Shown: positions 9,475-17,128 of the stretch, one piece after another
Numbering within the stretch: the first letter of the stretch is position 1
Layout: the number at the start of each line of letters is the position of its first letter
From: Anaerolineaceae bacterium UBA6107
GTDB taxonomy: Bacteria; Chloroflexota; Anaerolineae; Anaerolineales; Anaerolineaceae
NCBI GenBank assembly: GCA_002428455.1
Contig: DIWL01000080.1
Location: forward strand, 34,100-98,099
Reading direction: 5' to 3'
DNA length: 64,000 nt
The notes under the pieces: model-generated
Told to the model about the DNA's origin: nothing
Databases searched by the model: none
What the model saw: the letters and a program-made list of their open reading frames with translations, nothing else
Program-made: the position numbers and the translations under genes

Positions 9475-10653
9475 ATGGAAAATGATGAGATCCAAAAAAG
9501 GTTTGAGTATCTGGATGCAGAGCGCCGGAAAGATAGACAGGCGATTGCTGATCTGCTTGAACAGGTATCCTCACTGCAAGAGATCATTACACAACAAAAA
9601 CGTGAGATCAAGCACCTGACCGCAGAGGTAAAACGATCCACGATCAACCTGGTTCGTTATGAGGAATACGAAGAAGCGTTATCGAAATTGCGTGTTGATC
9701 TTTCTAAACCCGTTGTTGATGTGGAAAAGAAGATTAATTCTGTGGAAAGCACGCTTACAAGCCAGAGAAAAGAAGATCTTGAGGTTTACAAAACCAGGCT
9801 GCTTGAAATACAGAATGAGGTTAAATCGATCAACGAGCTGAAAAAGGATGTTCAATCCAAGATCGAAGATGATTACCACCTGAACCAGCGGATCGACGAG
9901 CTGGCAAAGCTGTTTCCCGACCTGCGGACAAAAGATGAGGAATTGCTACGGAGCATCAAGCTGGTTGAGGATAATTACCGCACTGAATCCAAACGGGTTT
10001 CTGACCTGACCATTGACCTGACTGCCATGCGCAAGAAGATCGAGGAAGAGAGAACCACCATTGATTCCCAGCGCGAATTTATCCGGAAGTTGGAAGGACA
10101 GATCAATGATCTGATCAGTCGCGAGCAGTTGCGGCACCAGGAACAGATCGCATTCATCGAGGTTCAATCCAGGCAGACAATAGATCGTGAAAGTTTCGTC
10201 AAAGATTGGCAGGAAAAGCTTGTGCAGCTCCAGGAATTAAGCAACCATGTGCAAGGGCAACTTGTCGATCTGCAGAATGTAAATCGTACGGTAAAAAAAT
10301 CCCAATCTGAATTTGATGAGATTAATCAACGTCTTGACCGTCGTCTAAATGAGATCAGTGAAATGAACCGGCTGGTGGAGGAACGATTCAGGCAGGAGTG
10401 GATTGCGTTTAAGGCGGATGATCAAAAACGTTGGACCAATTACTCACTCAGCCAGGAGGAATCCATCCGTGAAGGTGATCGTGAGGTTGTGAAGCTGATC
10501 GAGCGGCTCACCAGCCTTGAGGACATCAGCCAAAAATTGATCGATGACATCCATGTGATCAACGAAGAAACGGAGAAACGCATTAAGAGCCTGCTTGGCG
10601 TGGCGAATGAGATACTCGGCTCTTATGAGCGATCGATCGGTAAAAGAGGTTAA
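9475..10653 (+). CDS. coiled-coil protein, function unknown
   Basis: 392 aa, E/K/L/Q/R-rich with heptad-like character throughout and no TM segment. Lies 34 nt after the membrane trio and 9 nt before selB. Confidence 0.55.
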   Translation: MENDEIQKRFEYLDAERRKDRQAIADLLEQVSSLQEIITQQKREIKHLTAEVKRSTINLVRYEEYEEALSKLRVDLSKPVVDVEKKINSVESTLTSQRKEDLEVYKTRLLEIQNEVKSINELKKDVQSKIEDDYHLNQRIDELAKLFPDLRTKDEELLRSIKLVEDNYRTESKRVSDLTIDLTAMRKKIEEERTTIDSQREFIRKLEGQINDLISREQLRHQEQIAFIEVQSRQTIDRESFVKDWQEKLVQLQELSNHVQGQLVDLQNVNRTVKKSQSEFDEINQRLDRRLNEISEMNRLVEERFRQEWIAFKADDQKRWTNYSLSQEESIREGDREVVKLIERLTSLEDISQKLIDDIHVINEETEKRIKSLLGVANEILGSYERSIGKRG

Positions 10654-10661
10654 GCGCGCTT

Positions 10662-12545
10662 ATGCGGGTTATCGGTACTGCCGGACATGTGGACCATGGC
10701 AAATCGACCCTGGTGCGTGCCCTGACCGGGATCGATCCTGACCGCCTGAAAGAAGAGAAAAAACGCCAGATGACGATCGACCTGGGATTCACCTGGTACG
10801 AATCTCCGGTCGCGGGTACTGTGGGCATTGTGGACGTACCTGGACATCGTGATTTCATCGAAAACATGCTGGCCGGGGTCGGCGGGATAGATGCGGTTTT
10901 ACTGGTGATCGCGGCAGATGAAGGCATCATGCCGCAAACCCGTGAGCACCTGGCGATCATTAACTTATTGGATATTAAAACCGGCCTGGTGGTACTCAGC
11001 AAAACCGACATGATCGAAGATCCGGAATGGTTTGACTTGATTGAGCTGGACATTCGCGAATACCTGGTGGGAAGCGTGTTGGAAAATGCCAGAATATTGC
11101 GTGTTTCAGCTGCAAAGGGAGAAGGATTGCCAGCGCTAAAACAGGCGATCGACGAAATTCTGGGCTCACTTGGACCGCGGGTGAATACCGGCAAGCCAAG
11201 GTTACCGGTCGATCGGGTGTTCTCCATCACCGGTTTTGGAACGGTGGTAACGGGCACCTTGGCAGGGGGAGCCTTTCGAGTCGACGACCAGATCGAAATT
11301 CTCCCCTCGCTGGAACGCGGACGAATCAGAGGCTTGCAAAGTCACAAGAAGCAGGAGACCGAAGTTTTTCCAGGCAGCCGCACGGCGATGAATCTCGGTG
11401 GTGTGGATATAACTTCAGTTAAACGCGGTGATACGATCGCTCATCCCGGCGATTTTGTTCCCACCAAGCGCATCGATGCCCGGTTGCAATTGGTTGTGGA
11501 CGCTTCAGTGGGAATCAAACACGATGATGAGGTCAAATTATTCATTGCCAGCACGGAGACAACCGCCCGCATTCGTTTGCTTAAAAAGCAAAGCCTGAAA
11601 GCCGGAGATTGGGGATGGGTGCAGTTGGAATTGGAACATCCCATCGTGGCAGAAAAGGATGATCGTTTTATCATCAGGCGCATGTCTCCAGCGCAGACGA
11701 TCGGCGGTGGTAGCGTGGTGGATCCCCATCCAAACCGGCGGCACAAGCTGAATGATGATCAGGTCATCTCACGGTTCGAATCACTTACCTCGCTGTCAAA
11801 ACTGGATAAATTACTGGTATTAATCGGTGATCATCCATTCATCACCTTAACCGAGATTCTACAGCAGGCAGAAGAAACTGATCAAACAATCGAGATGCTG
11901 AAGTCGCTTGTCAATGCCGAAAAAGTGAAGCAGATCAAAGTAGATGATGCAGATGGAGAGAGATACCTGGACGGTTTTTACTGGCAGCACGTAACGAAAA
12001 AACTGCAGGACATATTACGCAATTTTCATGCAGAAAATCCACTGAAAAATGGCATCAGCTCGGATGAATTGATCCGGCGGTTGAGAATCCCCACGCATGA
12101 ATTTGCTCCATTTTTTCAGGCCTGGAAGACGGACGGGTTGCTGATTGAGAAGGATGGATTTGTCGCCTTATCGGGTTTTGAGATCAGGTATTCTGTCAAT
12201 CAAAACAAACGATTAACAGAGTTCTGGAACGTCATTGGTCAGGATCTTTTCAATCCACCCAACGTCAAGGATGCGCGCGCGGCATTGACAGATGAAGTGT
12301 ATCAATCCCTTTTAGACCAGGGTCGATTGATCCAGCTCTCAGCGGATGTCTTCGTTCGGGTTGACGAATATAAAAAAATGCTGGAATTCGTGCGTATGGA
12401 ATGCGGCAAAGGTGAATTGTTGACACTGGCGCAGTTTCGCGATCACTTTTCCACAAGCCGCAAGATCTCACAAGCATTTCTTGAACACCTTGATCGAAAA
12501 GGGATCACCGTGCGGGATGGTGAGGGGCGAAAGCTAAAAAAATAG
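10662..12545 (+). CDS. selB: selenocysteine-specific translation elongation factor SelB
   Basis: 627 aa. G-domain motifs GHVDHGKSTL, DVPGH and SKTD. Long C-terminal winged-helix extension ending in LAQFRDHFSTSRKISQAFLEHLDRKGITVRDGEGRKL, typical of bacterial SelB domain IV. Confidence 0.9.
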   Translation: MRVIGTAGHVDHGKSTLVRALTGIDPDRLKEEKKRQMTIDLGFTWYESPVAGTVGIVDVPGHRDFIENMLAGVGGIDAVLLVIAADEGIMPQTREHLAIINLLDIKTGLVVLSKTDMIEDPEWFDLIELDIREYLVGSVLENARILRVSAAKGEGLPALKQAIDEILGSLGPRVNTGKPRLPVDRVFSITGFGTVVTGTLAGGAFRVDDQIEILPSLERGRIRGLQSHKKQETEVFPGSRTAMNLGGVDITSVKRGDTIAHPGDFVPTKRIDARLQLVVDASVGIKHDDEVKLFIASTETTARIRLLKKQSLKAGDWGWVQLELEHPIVAEKDDRFIIRRMSPAQTIGGGSVVDPHPNRRHKLNDDQVISRFESLTSLSKLDKLLVLIGDHPFITLTEILQQAEETDQTIEMLKSLVNAEKVKQIKVDDADGERYLDGFYWQHVTKKLQDILRNFHAENPLKNGISSDELIRRLRIPTHEFAPFFQAWKTDGLLIEKDGFVALSGFEIRYSVNQNKRLTEFWNVIGQDLFNPPNVKDARAALTDEVYQSLLDQGRLIQLSADVFVRVDEYKKMLEFVRMECGKGELLTLAQFRDHFSTSRKISQAFLEHLDRKGITVRDGEGRKLKK

Positions 12546-12569
12546 TACAAACGTCATCATTAATGTTTA

Positions 12570-12598
12570 TTGACAGCCGGCAGTTCAGCCTTTATAAT
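12570..12598 (+). promoter_or_regulatory. consensus sigma-70 type promoter for rplU-rpmA
   Basis: TTGACA (12570-12575), 17-nt spacer, TATAAT (12593-12598). A roughly 110-nt leader follows, containing an 11-position stem (10 bp plus one A-A mismatch) at 12612-12638. Confidence 0.6.
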
Positions 12599-12716
12599 TG
12601 CGTCTGCCTTTCAACCAGGCGGTTGTACCGCCAGGTTGTGAGAATTCCAACTTCCCCGCGGACTGGCGCAAATAGGCGCGAGGTAACGGTGAAGTGAAGA
12701 TTGGAGAATCTTAAAA

Positions 12717-13034
12717 ATGAAGTATGCGATAGTTGAAAGTGGCGGCAAGCAATACAAAGCCGTCGAAGGGGCTACGATCGATGTAGACCTGTTGGATGTG
12801 GAAGTTGGCCAGTTGGTCAAATTCGAAGAGGTTCTGCTGGTAGTTGAAGACGAAAATATCCAGGTCGGAACTCCATCGGTAAAGGGTGCTCAGGTTTCCT
12901 CCACTGTGGTTGACCACATCAAGGGTAAGAAGGTGGATACGTTCAAGTACTCTCCCAAGAAGAGGATCCGCGTGAAATCCGGTCACCGCCAGCGCTACAC
13001 TCGTCTGAAAATTGAAACGATAGAAGTGGAGTAG
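12717..13034 (+). CDS. rplU: 50S ribosomal protein L21
   Basis: 105 aa. [16 protein letters not shown]-terminus is characteristic of L21. Confidence 0.95.
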   Translation: MKYAIVESGGKQYKAVEGATIDVDLLDVEVGQLVKFEEVLLVVEDENIQVGTPSVKGAQVSSTVVDHIKGKKVDTFKYSPKKRIRVKSGHRQRYTRLKIETIEVE

Positions 13035-13039
13035 GAAAG

Positions 13040-13303
13040 ATGGCACATAAAAAAGGTGGTGGTTCCAGTCGAAACGGCCGCGACAGCAATGCGCAGCGGC
13101 TTGGTGTAAAGAAGTTTGCCGGTCAGGATGTCCTCTCAGGTAATATTCTCGTCCGCCAGCGCGGCACCAAGATCAAACCGGGCCTCAATGTCAAAGTCGG
13201 AACTGATGACACACTTTTCGCAGTCGCAGAAGGTGTCGTGGAATTTGAGACGCTGCCCAATGGGCAAAAACGGGTTCATGTGAAACCGGCTGTCTCCGAG
13301 TAA
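13040..13303 (+). CDS. rpmA: 50S ribosomal protein L27
   Basis: 87 aa. [24 protein letters not shown] is the canonical L27 N-terminus. Confidence 0.95.
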   Translation: MAHKKGGGSSRNGRDSNAQRLGVKKFAGQDVLSGNILVRQRGTKIKPGLNVKVGTDDTLFAVAEGVVEFETLPNGQKRVHVKPAVSE

Positions 13304-13369
13304 AAATATTTTTTACAAATCCGTCGCAATACGACAATTGTAAAAAGCCAATCAGGAAGGTCAGCGAGA

Positions 13370-13846
13370 ATGAAAAAAGGAATTCATCCAACATACTATC
13401 CGGAAGCCAAGGTAACCTGTTCGTGCGGTAACACCTGGACCACCGGTTCAACCAAAAAAGAGATCCACACGGAAGTTTGCTCCAAATGCCACCCGTTCTT
13501 CACCGGGCAGCAGCAGCGCCTCATTGACATCGAAGGCCAGGTGGACCGCTTCTACAAGAAGCTGCAAGCCCGCCAGGACTATGTCGAAGGCAAGAAAGCT
13601 AAAATCGACGCAAAAACTTCACCGGATCGTTCGGTAAAAGAGATCGGTCTGACAGCCCGTGCTGCAGAAGCACTAGAAAAAGCCGGACTTGACAACGTTG
13701 GCAAGGTCCTGGAAAAACTCACGGAAGGTGAGGCTGCACTGCTTGCTGTCGAAGGTTTCGGACGGAAATCCCTAATCGACATGAAAAAAAACCTGCGCCA
13801 GATGGGGTACACACTGCCCTCAGCCGCTGAAGAGATCGTCGTTTAG
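13370..13846 (+). CDS. rpmE: 50S ribosomal protein L31 (Zn-binding type) fused to a C-terminal RpoA alpha-CTD-like helix-hairpin-helix domain
   Basis: Residues 1 to about 68 are [32 protein letters not shown], classic L31. Residues about 85-158 ([61 protein letters not shown]) align by eye with the RNAP alpha C-terminal domain. Confidence 0.9.
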   Translation: MKKGIHPTYYPEAKVTCSCGNTWTTGSTKKEIHTEVCSKCHPFFTGQQQRLIDIEGQVDRFYKKLQARQDYVEGKKAKIDAKTSPDRSVKEIGLTARAAEALEKAGLDNVGKVLEKLTEGEAALLAVEGFGRKSLIDMKKNLRQMGYTLPSAAEEIVV

Positions 13847-13862
13847 TCATCCTGACTCAATC

Positions 13863-13897
13863 AATACCTCTGGTAATCACCAGGGGTATTTTTATTT
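13863..13897 (+). terminator. rho-independent terminator after rpmE
   Basis: 11-bp stem AATACCTCTGG / CCAGGGGTATT (one G-U pair), 6-nt loop, then TTTATTT. Confidence 0.7.
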
Positions 13898-13960
13898 ATC
13901 CAAGATGGTGAGATTATTCTGATTTAAGGTAGAATCTAAGATATCCTCCGGAGGTTTTTT

Positions 13961-14533
13961 ATGACGATAAAGACCGGTCATGTGGAAGTAATCTGCGGGT
14001 CGATGTTTTGTGGCAAGACAGATGAGTTGATCAGACGCTTGCGCAGGGCGACCATCGCCAGGCAAAAAGTGCAGGTGTTCAAACCTGCGATCGACGGGCG
14101 TTACAATCTGGAAAAGGTCACTTCTCACGCAGGTTCCGAATTTGATGCCACACCTCTAAATTCTTCGAAAGAGATACTGGAACAGCTGGCAGAAGAAACC
14201 ACAGTGGTGGCAATTGACGAAGCCCAGTTTTTTGATGAAAACATCGTCAATGTGGTAGATGAATTGGCCTGTCACGGCATTCGGGTGATTGTTGCCGGGT
14301 TGGACCTCAATTTCAAAGGTGAGCCTTTCGGCTGTATGCCGGTGTTGATGGCGCGCGCTGAACAGGTGGACAAGTTACAGGCCATTTGCATGGTATGTGG
14401 TGAACCTGCCTGCCGCACCCAGCGGCTGGTTAACGGAAGACCAGCCCGGTACGATGATCCAGTGATCATTGTGGGGGCGTCTGAGCTATATGAAGCCCGC
14501 TGCCGCCTGCATCACGAAGTCCCAAGAGATTAG
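13961..14533 (+). CDS. tdk: thymidine kinase
   Basis: 190 aa. P-loop [21 protein letters not shown] and a C-terminal Zn-finger cysteine pattern ([11 protein letters not shown]). Confidence 0.9.
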   Translation: MTIKTGHVEVICGSMFCGKTDELIRRLRRATIARQKVQVFKPAIDGRYNLEKVTSHAGSEFDATPLNSSKEILEQLAEETTVVAIDEAQFFDENIVNVVDELACHGIRVIVAGLDLNFKGEPFGCMPVLMARAEQVDKLQAICMVCGEPACRTQRLVNGRPARYDDPVIIVGASELYEARCRLHHEVPRD

Positions 14534-14551
14534 GTAACAAACGGAGGATGA

Positions 14552-15118
14552 ATGCACGATTATAACGAATACCTGAGTGAAATTCTGATCTCCTCTGAGG
14601 CGCTGCAACAAAGGATCTCGGAACTGGGCGAGCAGATCAGCCGTGATTATAAGGACAAAGGCGACCTGGTGCTTGTCTGCATTTTGCGCGGTGGGGTTTT
14701 GTTCCTAACCGATCTCATGCGGCAGGTCTCCATTCCGCATGCCATCGAATTCATGGCAGTTTCATCCTATGGTGTGGGTGGACGAGAGGCTACCGGACAG
14801 GTGCGCATCACATTAGACCTGAACCTGGATATCTACAACAAGCACGTGATCCTGGTCGAAGATATTATCGACAGTGGTCACACCATCTCTGCGGTGATGG
14901 ATTTCCTCGCTACACGACGTCCGGCAAGTATCAGCGTTTGTACGCTGTTGGACAAAGAGGATCGCCGGGAGGTTTCGGTACCGATCCGTTATCGAGGTTT
15001 CACGATTCCCAATAAATTTGTCTTTGGTTACGGATTGGATCTGGATGATTATTACCGTAACCTGCCCTTCATCGGGGTCGTTGACCTTGATAAGTATAAT
15101 GAACTGAACAAAGGGTAA
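14552..15118 (+). CDS. hpt: hypoxanthine phosphoribosyltransferase
   Basis: 188 aa. PRPP-binding motif VILVEDIIDSGHT and FVFGYGLDLDDYYRNLP, typical of Hpt. Confidence 0.9.
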   Translation: MHDYNEYLSEILISSEALQQRISELGEQISRDYKDKGDLVLVCILRGGVLFLTDLMRQVSIPHAIEFMAVSSYGVGGREATGQVRITLDLNLDIYNKHVILVEDIIDSGHTISAVMDFLATRRPASISVCTLLDKEDRREVSVPIRYRGFTIPNKFVFGYGLDLDDYYRNLPFIGVVDLDKYNELNKG

Positions 15119-15122
15119 ACTG

Positions 15123-16481
15123 GTGCACTTACCAGACATACTCACGCGATTAACAGAACCGGCTTCACCTGATCAACCGCTCTACCTGGTGGGTGGAGCG
15201 GTTCGTGATTTTCTTCTCGGTCAACCCTGCAAGGATTATGACCTGGTTGGACCTGGAGATGTGCGCGGGATTGCCCGGCAATTCGCCAACCAGGTTGGCG
15301 GTGCCTTTTACATTCTGGATGAACAAAGAAATACCTGCCGTGTTCTGGTCTACCAATCAGAAGGCTCAAGAACGATCATTGATTTTTCGGTTTTGCGCGG
15401 AAATTCAATTATCGACGACCTGGCAGAACGAGATTTCACAATCAATGCCATGGCGGTTGACTTGAGAAACCCTGACACGATCATCGATCCTTATAAAGGG
15501 GGGAGGGACTTACAGGAAAAGTGGTTGCGGCCTGTAAACCATACCAGCCTGCAGGATGATCCGCTGCGAACGATCCGGGGTATCCGTTACGCGGTTGCTC
15601 TGGGTTTGAAAGTGGAACCCCCGACCACAAAATTGATCGATAAGGCAGTTCCGGAGCTCTCCAGAATTTCAACGGAGCGCAAGAGGGACGAACTTTTCAA
15701 GATTCTCGATGGTGAAAAAGTTCATGTCGCGTTACAACTACTCCATCATTTTCAAGTTTTTGAGGGGTTACCGCTTCGTGTTCGTTTGGGTTTCATTGAA
15801 GCTCTGGACCAAAGTAGAGCATTGGGGGAGATGATCGGTGCCATTACCACGACCTCACCAACGCAGAAACAAGCGGCTTTTCACTCAACTTCGCTCATGC
15901 TGGTTTTCGGGCAATTCAAGCCAGCCATCCAGGATCATTTTTTTAGAGTGAATTCCTCCGGACGCAGTCGAAGAGCGCTGCTCCATTTGTGTGTCCTCCT
16001 TGATGGATCCAGCGGGTATTCCAAAAAGGAGATCCAGGATATCCTTGCGCTTTCGGTTGACGAAGCAGAGGTCATTGATGCCCATATCCGCTACCGTGAG
16101 TATTGTGATCAGGTAATAAGCGGGGACAGTCCGTCAGCGTTGGAAATTTATCGATTCTTCAAGGCAACCGGATCAACGGGAATCGACCTGGTTTTTTCTA
16201 GCCTGGCTGGTTATCGCGCCAGGATCGGGGCTGAACAGCAACAGCAGGAGTGGTTGAATCGTTTGGGCAACGCTGGTCAACTTGTGAAATCCTGGTTCAC
16301 GCAACCAGAAGTGATCAGTCCGCTTCCCTTGCTTAATGGTGACGAGATTATTGACCAGCTTGATCTTGCCCCGGGTCCGCGGATCGGTGATTTACTGGAA
16401 ACCTTGATCAGTGCGCAGGTGGAGGGGAAGATCAAGTCAAAAAACGACGCACTTGAGTGGCTAAAGAACCAGGAAGGATAA
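15123..16481 (+). CDS. CCA-adding tRNA nucleotidyltransferase / poly(A) polymerase family protein
   Basis: 452 aa, GTG start. LVGGAVRDFLLG..DYDL nucleotidyltransferase head domain and RDFTINAMA motif. Confidence 0.75.
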   Translation: MHLPDILTRLTEPASPDQPLYLVGGAVRDFLLGQPCKDYDLVGPGDVRGIARQFANQVGGAFYILDEQRNTCRVLVYQSEGSRTIIDFSVLRGNSIIDDLAERDFTINAMAVDLRNPDTIIDPYKGGRDLQEKWLRPVNHTSLQDDPLRTIRGIRYAVALGLKVEPPTTKLIDKAVPELSRISTERKRDELFKILDGEKVHVALQLLHHFQVFEGLPLRVRLGFIEALDQSRALGEMIGAITTTSPTQKQAAFHSTSLMLVFGQFKPAIQDHFFRVNSSGRSRRALLHLCVLLDGSSGYSKKEIQDILALSVDEAEVIDAHIRYREYCDQVISGDSPSALEIYRFFKATGSTGIDLVFSSLAGYRARIGAEQQQQEWLNRLGNAGQLVKSWFTQPEVISPLPLLNGDEIIDQLDLAPGPRIGDLLETLISAQVEGKIKSKNDALEWLKNQEG

Positions 16482-16510
16482 AAAAAGAACCGGCATGCGG
16501 TTCTTTTTTT
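16481..16510. terminator. bidirectional rho-independent terminator between convergent genes
   Basis: AAAAAAGAACCG-GCATG-CGGTTCTTTTTT: perfect stem flanked by an A-tract and a T-tract. Confidence 0.75.
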
Positions 16511-16916
16511 ATGCTGATTGCAGCGACACCAGCAAGCTGGGTTGTTCTTTTCGCCTCTGGTCAAACCGGCGCATGAGGTTATTGATGTGAGCGAGCAGTA
16601 CTTCCCGGGAGGCTGGTTTGATCAGGTAGTCATCCGCGCCATCGTTTAATACTTTGGCAAGAGTCACAGGATCATCCAGAACGGATAGGATCATGATCGG
16701 CGCAGTGGTGATCTTCCTCAGTCCCCTGGTGGTTTGCAACCCATTGATGCCGGGCAACATGTAATCCAGCAGGATAATATCCGGAACAAACTCCTTGGCC
16801 AGCGCAAGGCCGGATTCGCCATTGCAGGCGTGATGAATCACGGCTTTTGTCGGAGACAGAAGCATCTCTAAAATTTCTGTACCAGCGGGATCGTCATCAA
16901 TAATCAGTATTCGCAT
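16509..16916 (-). CDS. single-domain response regulator (CheY-like receiver)
   Basis: MRILIIDDDP..LLDYMLPGINGL receiver motifs. The ORF stays open up to 16976 (TTG). ATG 16916 gives the canonical N-terminus; 16934 and 16940 are alternative ATGs. Confidence 0.8.
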   Translation of the reverse strand: MRILIIDDDPAGTEILEMLLSPTKAVIHHACNGESGLALAKEFVPDIILLDYMLPGINGLQTTRGLRKITTAPIMILSVLDDPVTLAKVLNDGADDYLIKPASREVLLAHINNLMRRFDQRRKEQPSLLVSLQSA

Positions 16917-17128
16917 CTGTGAGACCTTTGCCATTTGCATAATTATCAAGCCGATTTTGAATTTTTTACCTTTCAATGTATTTACAACAGAATTGGAGCG
17001 ATGTTGATTGGATGGAAGTGAAAATGTGACAATTATGATCGTAAAAGCGAATACGGTGTGGTAAAATTTATACTTCGAAAATAAGCCACCGTTTACCAGG
17101 TGGTTTTTATCATCTGTCTGGAGGAAAA

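Noticed and set aside
10583-11257. 224-aa ORF on the minus strand
   Set aside because: It is entirely antisense to the well-supported selB G-domain. Its Ser/Pro/Arg-rich composition is typical of a shadow ORF in a moderately GC-rich gene.
11765-11782. tRNA T-loop-like string GGTTCGAAT
   Set aside because: It lies inside the selB coding frame with no acceptor, D or anticodon arm around it. No intergenic region in the window shows a cloverleaf, so no tRNA (including tRNA-Sec) is called.
17083-17110. Hairpin AAGCCACC-GTTTACCA-GGTGGTTT upstream of ppdK as a regulatory attenuator
   Set aside because: The stem is short (8 bp including one G-U and A-U ends), and I could not define a convincing promoter or alternative structure. 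The evidence is too weak to report as a feature.
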